This document shows, in pieces, positions 56,466 through 64,000 of a stretch of DNA of 64,000 nucleotides. The stretch lies in IMG/VR virus record IMGVR_UViG_3300030450_002194, positions 7,006-71,005 of that record; one strand, given 5' to 3'. This DNA comes from a virus. The position numbers and the translations under genes were made by a program. The notes under the pieces are model-generated. The model saw nothing but the letters and a program-made list of their open reading frames with translations. It was not told the DNA's origin and did no database searches. The first letter of the stretch is position 1. Each line of letters opens with the position of its first letter.

Positions 56466-56995
56466 GTTGGGAAAATATCATAAAAGCAAAGAAGATAAGG
56501 TTTAGCAAAGATGTTGGCCCAAAGAACACTACTCCTAAACCAAGTAGGTTTTCAGCCACACCTTCCCCATCAACACAAGGGTTACATGTAACTAAGTTTT
56601 ATATGTTTATGAAACGTTGGTTAGCAGATACTCATACTGACAAATTTTTAGAATATTATATTCCTTATCCTGAATTAGATGACCAAGAGCGAAGGTCAGT
56701 AAGATATGCATTAGAAGATATATTGGGTGTTAGACAGCATGGCCGCCGAAAAACCGCATTTCCTGGTATTGAAGTAGTTCATTTAGCCAATGAGAACATA
56801 CAATTAGAATTTAATGACCAAAAACATTTAGAATATCGAGATAAACATATTGAAGATTCAAGAGAGGTAGCAAATACCTACTGGTGGTTAAAACCCCCTC
56901 CTTATGATTCTGAGATTCAAGATGCCTGGCTTCGTCTAACCAGTACAATTAAAACGAGTAAAAATTGGAGAAGAAAATGGGCTAACAGATATTAG
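56462..56995 (+). CDS. tagged hypothetical protein
   Basis: MSWENIIKA. Confidence 0.7.
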   Translation: MSWENIIKAKKIRFSKDVGPKNTTPKPSRFSATPSPSTQGLHVTKFYMFMKRWLADTHTDKFLEYYIPYPELDDQERRSVRYALEDILGVRQHGRRKTAFPGIEVVHLANENIQLEFNDQKHLEYRDKHIEDSREVANTYWWLKPPPYDSEIQDAWLRLTSTIKTSKNWRRKWANRY

Positions 56996-57008
56996 TGAGA
57001 TTGATAGT

Positions 57009-57233
57009 ATGAAAGAAGAAAGGACAACAAGAGAATTAAGGGAAGCCTTAACTAAGAAAAGAAATGCTGACAGGAACAGCGTAAAAATAACAAAGAACAG
57101 AAACTTTGACCATGTAGGGCCAGACCCTGATGCAAAGGTGATAAAGCGACCAGATACCGCAGATGTACCTGATTATATTGGTAAGCCCAAGACAAAGGTA
57201 AGTAGAAAGTTACAAGACAGTTTACCATATTAG
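57009..57233 (+). CDS. hypothetical protein
   Basis: 74 aa ORF. Confidence 0.55.
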   Translation: MKEERTTRELREALTKKRNADRNSVKITKNRNFDHVGPDPDAKVIKRPDTADVPDYIGKPKTKVSRKLQDSLPY

Positions 57234-57241
57234 GTGATTAA

Positions 57242-58717
57242 ATGGATTTTTTAGATGGGCTTTTAATTAGAAAAGCAATGACAGTCGAAGACGTATTGTT
57301 TGAAAAAATAAAACAAAACCCATCTGAAATTAGACCCTATACAGAAAGACAAATTAGACAGATATTTGATGATGCTAAATCAAAATTACAAAATGATAAA
57401 ATCCAATTAGATGCTACGGAACCTGAAAGGCATGCTAAACGAGAGAGGGCAACAACTACTACTGGTAATCAAATAATGAGGATTAATAATCCTGTTATTT
57501 TGTCTGCAATAAGGCAAATTCAAAGTAATATACCAGAAGATTTACTTTCTAAATTGGTTGATTTTTTAACTCCAAAACCTAAATCAGAATTTAAAGATAT
57601 GCCAATGAACAAACCACAGGAACTTGTTTTAGAACAGTTATTAGATGTGGTAGCAAAAAGAAATCATTTATCAGAAACTTTACAAAATAAATTATATGAT
57701 AACGGTTTATTAGAACTTAAATTTTTATTGATGATGAATGAGATGGCAAAAACAGGCGTAAGAAAAGTTCACCCAAATCTCTATAAAAGATTGATGCGTC
57801 AGAAAGAACGGCCCGAAAATACCCCGCCATCTATAGATTATGGAGGCTTTGAACCAACAGAACTGTTTGAAAATGTTATGCAAAAATTAGAAGAGTTAGC
57901 GGGTTCAAAAAGACCAGATAAAGAATCTATTTTAAGGGAATATAAGTTGTTAAGAGACCAAAGAAAACTTTCTGTTGTAGATGTTGTTAGATTAGTTAAT
58001 ACAGATAAATATAGATTTCAAGGGAAACAAACTAAAATTGATTTAAAAAACATAACTGAAAGAATTAATGACATGCTAAGAGAGTCTTGGGATGAAGTAA
58101 CTGAGAGATTTATAAGAGATATTGAAGTCACAGATGCTAACGGTGAAACTAGAAGAGATAGAAGTTGGAGTACCGCAAATTTAGATAATGAATTAGTAGC
58201 AGAGTGGGAAAGAATTAAAGAAAATAAAAAGGTTAGTTTTGAAGAGATTAGAGGCAAAAAATATCAAGCAGCAATAGATAAATTAGAAGAAGAGTATTAT
58301 AGGATTGCAAGATATTTTAAAGCGGCAAGAAGACTTATTCAAATGCTTGAAGAGAAAACCTTTGTGTCTGATGATGTGAATTATAATTTAGAAGGAAGAG
58401 AAAAAGAATTTCACGACCAATATAAAATGATTCAAGAGAGCATAGAAGACTTTGAAAAATATAAAAAGGCCTTTCATCGAAATCTTAAGGATAAAAAGAA
58501 AAAGCAACAGCAACTTGAGGCTAAACTAAGAAGAAAAGATAGTGCTGAAAGACCGCCAGCAAAACCAGAAAAAGAAGATACTGCTGAAACAGATGACTTT
58601 ATGGCACAAGTAGCAGCAGAAAGAAAAAAGACAGAACCTACTAGAATAACACCAGGAATGAGTGTTGAAGAACTAAGAGACAAAGTAAAAGAAATGAATG
58701 AGAGGTATGGAAAATGA
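57242..58717 (+). CDS. coiled-coil hypothetical protein
   Basis: 491 aa, GGTGA upstream; N-terminal LLIRKA. Confidence 0.7.
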   Translation: MDFLDGLLIRKAMTVEDVLFEKIKQNPSEIRPYTERQIRQIFDDAKSKLQNDKIQLDATEPERHAKRERATTTTGNQIMRINNPVILSAIRQIQSNIPEDLLSKLVDFLTPKPKSEFKDMPMNKPQELVLEQLLDVVAKRNHLSETLQNKLYDNGLLELKFLLMMNEMAKTGVRKVHPNLYKRLMRQKERPENTPPSIDYGGFEPTELFENVMQKLEELAGSKRPDKESILREYKLLRDQRKLSVVDVVRLVNTDKYRFQGKQTKIDLKNITERINDMLRESWDEVTERFIRDIEVTDANGETRRDRSWSTANLDNELVAEWERIKENKKVSFEEIRGKKYQAAIDKLEEEYYRIARYFKAARRLIQMLEEKTFVSDDVNYNLEGREKEFHDQYKMIQESIEDFEKYKKAFHRNLKDKKKKQQQLEAKLRRKDSAERPPAKPEKEDTAETDDFMAQVAAERKKTEPTRITPGMSVEELRDKVKEMNERYGK

Positions 58718-59058
58718 CATGGGAAAATATATTAAGAAAGGCTCATAGCCCAATATTAGATAAGGCTAACCCGAAGCAAAAAAAGAAGGTTAAGAAAACT
58801 TTACAATCGGTTCAACCTTCTGAATATATGGGTCAAGATTTCACTAAATTAGGGGATTTACTAGATGAAATAAACTCTTTAGATTTTAATAAGTCTAAGC
58901 CTATGAAAAAGAAACTGGATTCCTTTGCTGAGAGAAATACTGATTTAGTAGCCAGGGCTGCTGAAATGAGAAAAGACTATGAGATTCTATATCGTCAATT
59001 ACGAGCGATGGTATATCCAAAGAGTAAGGGCGATTTAGGAGATGAAAAAGATGAGTGA
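58714..59058 (+). CDS. tagged hypothetical protein
   Basis: MTWENILRKA. Confidence 0.7.
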   Translation: MTWENILRKAHSPILDKANPKQKKKVKKTLQSVQPSEYMGQDFTKLGDLLDEINSLDFNKSKPMKKKLDSFAERNTDLVARAAEMRKDYEILYRQLRAMVYPKSKGDLGDEKDE

Positions 59059-59287
59059 AGAAAATGAAATGTTAATGTTGTTAAAGACATTAGTAAATAA
59101 AGTAAACGAACTGGAAAAGGCAGTTTATGACAAAGATAATCTGTTGATTAAAGCAGGTTATGTTGTTGTAGATACTCCTACACCAGTTATGTCTGCTAGT
59201 GAGACTGGTACAGATGTAGATGCAATCGCTAAAATGGATTGGGAAGATATTGGTAAAATGATGAATAAGTTGGAAGGTGGTTATTAA
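59042..59287 (+). CDS. hypothetical head-module protein
   Basis: coiled coil, LLIKAG, C-terminal MDWEDI like the protease tail MSWGDI. Confidence 0.65.
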   Translation: MKKMSEENEMLMLLKTLVNKVNELEKAVYDKDNLLIKAGYVVVDTPTPVMSASETGTDVDAIAKMDWEDIGKMMNKLEGGY

Positions 59288-59502
59288 TGCCAGAAAAAGT
59301 AACAAAAGATGAAAAGATTGCAGAACTTCTGCTAAAGGCAACAGAAAAGGCCGTTGAATTAATTGGTAATCAAGATGATTTCAACGAGGACGATTTGTCT
59401 GGTGAGACTGTTAAGTTAAGCCGACCAAAGGCCACAAAGGTTCCTGATGCAAAGGGAAGCGATGAAGAAAAGACAAAGATACGAGATGAAATAGAGGGGT
59501 AA
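59287..59502 (+). CDS. hypothetical protein
   Basis: 71 aa; LLLKA. Confidence 0.6.
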   Translation: MPEKVTKDEKIAELLLKATEKAVELIGNQDDFNEDDLSGETVKLSRPKATKVPDAKGSDEEKTKIRDEIEG

Positions 59503-59504
59503 AT

Positions 59505-62024
59505 ATGCCCCTATCTGGTGTCTTTGATAAGAAGAAACCTTCGTTAGCGAAGCGTGTCTTAAACTTCTATGAAGACGTTAGATATAATTATTTATCGGCA
59601 AGAGAAGACCCTAAAGGGTTTAGTAAAGAATGGAAAAAGTCTATCGAAAAAATACGTGATGACTTTGATGGGTTAAATGATTTTTCATCAGAAATGAAGA
59701 AATATTTAACTGAAAAAAATGTATTTTCTAAGGAAGCCCTTGACCCAACATCGCATCAAGCAAGAGATTTATACAAAGAAATCAAAAATCTACGGTTTAA
59801 TTCCGAAGAATTAAATGACCCGTTTGCTAAACAAATGGGGGATAAAGTCATACAAAATCTAGTTGAGAAGCCCTCTATATATGCTATGTTTATACACTAT
59901 GCTTTACGGTCACACGCGCATAGTATTAAAGAAGAATCTTGGGAAAAGCACAGCCGGATGGCTGATAATATTACCGAGGGTGCTATGGGGTTAGACCTCG
60001 CAGTAGATGATATTCCAACATACATCATAGAACACTATGGTGATGACAAAGACACATCAAAAGTTAAACCTAAATTTAAACCAGCATTAGAATTACTAAA
60101 AGAAGTATATCTAGAAGACAATACTCTTGAAAACTGGGAGACTTTATTAGAATTAGATTTGAAAAAGAGTGAAGAGGAAAAGGCAAAGGTAGATTTTATT
60201 GTACCAAATAAACCAATGTATAGGATATTTGAAATAAACGATATAAAAGAACTCAAAGGTTTTAGTGGTGAGTGGGTTGTTCAAGAAAAATATGATGGTA
60301 TAAGGATTCAACTCCATAAAATGGGTAGTAATATTAAAGTTTATACATATAATGAGAAGGATATTACTTCTAAGTGTAAGAAGATAGTAGAAAGATTAAA
60401 GAATAAACAATTTGGTGATTTAATTTTAGACGCTGAGTTAATTCTATATGATAAGGATGAGCCTTTACATCGTGCAGATACTATTGCCCACCTATTTAAA
60501 GATAAATATAAGGATGCAGAATTAAAGGCAAGAGTTTTTGATATTATGTATCATGAGGATAAAAACATTGCAGACGATACTTTAAGAGAAAGGATTAATA
60601 TTTTATTCTATCAATTCTCTCAAAATTCATCAGATGAATTAGGGTTTCCAAATAAAAAGAATACTAGAATTGCTGACTCATTAGAAGAAGTTAAAAAGTA
60701 TGGTAAAGATATAATGGAATCTAGAACTGCGGAAGGAGTAGTAATAAAAGATATTGAGTCTACATATTATATTGGCACGAAAAAGAATCCTAAGTGGATT
60801 AAGTGGAAGAAGTTTGTAGACTTAGATGTTATTGTTCTTGAAAAGAAAACAACAAAATCTAACTTAAATTCGTATACAGTAGGCATAGGCCCGCTAACAG
60901 GGGAAGAATCAAGAGAGCATGATGGAGTAGAATTAAACGGTAAAACCTATCTAAAGGTTGGCAAAGCATTAAACACTAAAGAAAGTGTTGAAGTGGGGTC
61001 TATTGTTAGAGTGAAGGTTGATGAGGTAAAAAGAAAAGGAACTGGATATAGTTTATTTTCTGCTAAAGTAATAGAAATACCAGAAGTAGAAGCACCAGAA
61101 AAACTAATTACATTAGAATTATTAGCAAAAGATAGTAGAAAATCATTGGCTTATGATGTTCAAGAAGCACTCCAAAAATATATTATTACAGATGGTATTC
61201 ATGGTGAAGCAGAAATAATATTAAAGAGTAATTATGAAGGTTTTACTGTTTATGGATTTGATGGAGATTCTTTAATGGAAAAGAATGCTTTAGTTGATAT
61301 GGACTCTTGGACTGACCAAATAACAGAAATAAATAAAACAAAAAGTTCTGAGGCCAGAGGCGCAATTAAACAATATCTAAAGGATAATGACCCAAAGGAG
61401 GAAGGAATGCCCATTCAAGATATATTAGAGTTTGTGCTTCAACATCCAGAAGTTAAACAAAACGCAGATACATTATGGGATGGTGAACCCAGAAAATTAA
61501 AAAATTGGATGAATGACCAAGATGAGTTTATACCAATTAGCGGTAATAAGTTCACATTTAACTCAAACCATATTTCTAAGAATCCTATCAAAAAGGAAGA
61601 AACGACCACAGGTACATTTAAATTATTATCTGGGAAAGATGGTAACATTAGTTTAGTTTTTAATGTCAATGATAAAAGACAGGCTTGGAATATTGATATA
61701 GAAGATACAGAAGATATTTTCAATTTGTTTGGTAAAGCCGGTAAATTCCCAGCAGAAATTGCTGAGAGCATAAAAGGGGAGAAGGTCTTAGATAAGGGGA
61801 AAATTGAACTCGGTGTTCAAAAGCATGGTTATCACGAATATAGGATAGATGGCGACAAGTTTGATACCAGACTTCACTTTAGAGTCGTACCTGTGAACGA
61901 ACAAGATACTTGGTTAGTTTGGACAGGATACAAGCAAGAGATGTTAGATAAGAAGGAAAACAAAGGAATATGGGATTTATCTGAGGATAGGTTTAAAAAA
62001 TTAACCATGCAAATTCCTGAATAA
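59505..62024 (+). CDS. second ATP-dependent DNA ligase with N- and C-terminal extensions
   Basis: QEKYDGIRIQLH, LDAEL, VFDIM, EGVVIKD, WIKWKK, OB domain. Confidence 0.88.
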   Translation: MPLSGVFDKKKPSLAKRVLNFYEDVRYNYLSAREDPKGFSKEWKKSIEKIRDDFDGLNDFSSEMKKYLTEKNVFSKEALDPTSHQARDLYKEIKNLRFNSEELNDPFAKQMGDKVIQNLVEKPSIYAMFIHYALRSHAHSIKEESWEKHSRMADNITEGAMGLDLAVDDIPTYIIEHYGDDKDTSKVKPKFKPALELLKEVYLEDNTLENWETLLELDLKKSEEEKAKVDFIVPNKPMYRIFEINDIKELKGFSGEWVVQEKYDGIRIQLHKMGSNIKVYTYNEKDITSKCKKIVERLKNKQFGDLILDAELILYDKDEPLHRADTIAHLFKDKYKDAELKARVFDIMYHEDKNIADDTLRERINILFYQFSQNSSDELGFPNKKNTRIADSLEEVKKYGKDIMESRTAEGVVIKDIESTYYIGTKKNPKWIKWKKFVDLDVIVLEKKTTKSNLNSYTVGIGPLTGEESREHDGVELNGKTYLKVGKALNTKESVEVGSIVRVKVDEVKRKGTGYSLFSAKVIEIPEVEAPEKLITLELLAKDSRKSLAYDVQEALQKYIITDGIHGEAEIILKSNYEGFTVYGFDGDSLMEKNALVDMDSWTDQITEINKTKSSEARGAIKQYLKDNDPKEEGMPIQDILEFVLQHPEVKQNADTLWDGEPRKLKNWMNDQDEFIPISGNKFTFNSNHISKNPIKKEETTTGTFKLLSGKDGNISLVFNVNDKRQAWNIDIEDTEDIFNLFGKAGKFPAEIAESIKGEKVLDKGKIELGVQKHGYHEYRIDGDKFDTRLHFRVVPVNEQDTWLVWTGYKQEMLDKKENKGIWDLSEDRFKKLTMQIPE

Positions 62025-62054
62025 CGTGGACTTCATATAGTAAATTGAGGAAGT

Positions 62055-63272
62055 GTGTTCATGCCGCAAGCGGTTTTACTAAAGTCGGATACAGAAGGCT
62101 CCTTTAATATATTAAAATCAGATGACTTAGTTATAGGTGGATATGCGTCAATAGAAGTTGTAGATAAACAAAATGATTTAATTACATTGTCCGCATTAGA
62201 AGAAGCAGTAAAGAAATACATGGAAGTAAAGAAATACAGAAATGTAATGTCAAACCATTCAAATGTTCAAGTCGGGGAGGTCATAGAGAAATACAGAGAT
62301 AAACATGGGATGTTACACAAAACCCATGTTGATGATGTTGGCTTCTATGTAGTAATTAAACTCCGAGATGATATAGAAAAGGCAAAAGAAATTTCAAGAG
62401 GGATTAGAAAAGGAACCCTACGTTCATTTAGTATAGGTGGACAAGCACTATCAAAGAGGAAAAAAACATCTAAAGAATTAGGTGAATATAACGAAATTGA
62501 TAAATTAGAACTCCATGAAGTAACAATTTGTGAGAAAGGAATAAACCCAGAAGCAAAGTTTGACATATTAAAGGAGGAACGTGAAACCATGAGTGAAAGA
62601 TTGGAAAAGACGTTGGAGGAGATTAACTCGCTGATGAAGCAAGTTAACGACCTTCAGAAAGAGGAAGCCCCTGAAGAGGAGGAAAAGGCGGAGTATATGG
62701 ACACCAACGAAGAAGAAGGTGAAGAGATGGCCCTATCTGACTCAGAAGGAGATTCAGAAGGTGATAGTGATGAAGGTGAATTAACCTTATCAAACTATGA
62801 CAGTGAGGCAAAAGGAAGGACTGGGCCAGAGGGCTTTGTTGAGGCAGGTTTAATCGGTGAGGAATCACAAGGAAAGAAACTGCCACAGGCAGCGCAGGTT
62901 GGGCCATTATACAAGGAGTGGAAGAACGAGGAGTTCGCTACTTTAGACCTTTCAACGGCCAATGTAGAAAAGGCGTATGAGGCTTTCAAGGCGGAACAAC
63001 TTGAAAAGATGGCATACGACTCCTTAAAGAAGCAGTTTGAAACTCGCTTCGTTGAGGAAACATCAGTACGGAAGTCTGATGTTGCAAGGCGCGAGTATGA
63101 CGCTAAGAACGAGGTTGAAACACTAAGAGAGGAGTTTGCTACCCTTAGAAAGAGCCTAGAAACAAGGAATGATGAGATTGTGAAGTCTCAAACCATACCT
63201 GTCCCAGAAGTAGATGTTTCTGAGATGAGTTGGGGAGATATTCATAACTTTATTGCTGAATATGAAGGGTGA
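62055..63272 (+). CDS. prohead protease with C-terminal scaffold-like region
   Basis: IGGYAS..VDKQND, MSNH, RSFSIGG, LHEVTICEKGINPEA (HK97-type), acidic/coiled-coil tail. Confidence 0.9.
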   Translation: MFMPQAVLLKSDTEGSFNILKSDDLVIGGYASIEVVDKQNDLITLSALEEAVKKYMEVKKYRNVMSNHSNVQVGEVIEKYRDKHGMLHKTHVDDVGFYVVIKLRDDIEKAKEISRGIRKGTLRSFSIGGQALSKRKKTSKELGEYNEIDKLELHEVTICEKGINPEAKFDILKEERETMSERLEKTLEEINSLMKQVNDLQKEEAPEEEEKAEYMDTNEEEGEEMALSDSEGDSEGDSDEGELTLSNYDSEAKGRTGPEGFVEAGLIGEESQGKKLPQAAQVGPLYKEWKNEEFATLDLSTANVEKAYEAFKAEQLEKMAYDSLKKQFETRFVEETSVRKSDVARREYDAKNEVETLREEFATLRKSLETRNDEIVKSQTIPVPEVDVSEMSWGDIHNFIAEYEG

Positions 63273-63277
63273 AAAAT

Positions 63278-64000
63278 ATGACTAATTATATTAAGACAAT
63301 GAAAGATTTAGAGGCTGCATCTTACGGTGGTAGGAGCAGCATGGGTGGTAATAACCTGTTAAAGAGCGCAGGCGCAGTTGCTGGATTGCATGGATTGCAT
63401 GATGGTGGAGCAGCAGGCACACAAGGATTAGGTACAGGGACAAGCGCAGCAGGCGGATTAACTAGCCTTTACAACCTAGTATATGGAAAGAAAGTTTGGT
63501 CAATGCTAAACCAAGAAGTTAACGCATTGGCTATGCTCGCAAAGAGGCCTTATACCTCTAGCGGGTGGAGAATAATGACAAACAGGCCAGAAGGTGGTTC
63601 TTCTGCTACGTTTTCAATAACGGGCGGTGGAACGGCGGTTGCTGGTAGCGCAACGGCTACTGGTGGGGCTTCCCCACGAACCGACCAAATTGGTGGTGTT
63701 GCTGAGAATGCTAAGTTAGGAACAGATTTCAAGGCTTTAGCACCAGAATACACCACTCTCTTTACAAGCCCAAAGACTGTTGCTCACATGTTTGAGTTCT
63801 CAGAACTGGCTTTAGAGATGGCAAAGATTGATGACGGCGTTGGTGATTTAAGAGCCTTAATCCGTGAGGATATGGGTAAGCACCATGCTGAAGTTCAGAA
63901 CATGATGTTGCTAACACCACTTGAGCATTATGACCAAACCCATGATGACAGTGCCACCGCAGGAAACATCATAGACATGACGAAGAACTATACTTCGTTA
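63278..64000 (+). CDS. major capsid protein, 5' part (runs off window)
   Basis: open frame after protease: MTNYIKTMKDLE...LLKSAG...VYGKKVWSMLNQEVNAL. Confidence 0.8.
   Translation, partial: MTNYIKTMKDLEAASYGGRSSMGGNNLLKSAGAVAGLHGLHDGGAAGTQGLGTGTSAAGGLTSLYNLVYGKKVWSMLNQEVNALAMLAKRPYTSSGWRIMTNRPEGGSSATFSITGGGTAVAGSATATGGASPRTDQIGGVAENAKLGTDFKALAPEYTTLFTSPKTVAHMFEFSELALEMAKIDDGVGDLRALIREDMGKHHAEVQNMMLLTPLEHYDQTHDDSATAGNIIDMTKNYTSL

Noticed and set aside
33036-63756. Minus-strand ORFs in the right block
   Set aside because: Antisense shadows of the tightly packed plus-strand operon.

Overview
This window looks like part of a tailed archaeal dsDNA virus genome; gene content and order resemble magroviruses of Marine Group II Euryarchaeota/Poseidoniales (assignment inferred, no database search). 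It has three blocks. (1) 1-24.2 kb, all minus strand: replication and regulation genes. These include a family B polymerase that stops before motif C, a clamp, clamp loader, Sak4-like ATPase, SSB, DNA ligase, class II RNR, TFIIB, two histone-fold proteins, a ubiquitin-like set (Ubl ending GG-IQ, ThiF/E1, JAB, possible E2) and tRNA-Leu(TAA). (2) 24.3-31.4 kb: a largely non-coding region where transcription diverges. It is a cassette-like array punctuated by 23 exact CCATATGG palindromes counted by eye. Many units fold into long hairpins carrying a covarying R-C-ATTAA-G-Y loop in either orientation. Other units hold small ORFs, promoter-gene-terminator modules with inverted ends, or a ~365 nt structured RNA candidate. 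This array is the best candidate for an undescribed system. (3) 31.6-64 kb, all plus strand: many unrelated proteins sharing an N-terminal W-x-x-[ILV]-[ILV]-K tag, then terminase, portal, a second DNA ligase, prohead protease and the start of the major capsid protein. All calls come from motif reading and manual base-pairing, not computed searches.
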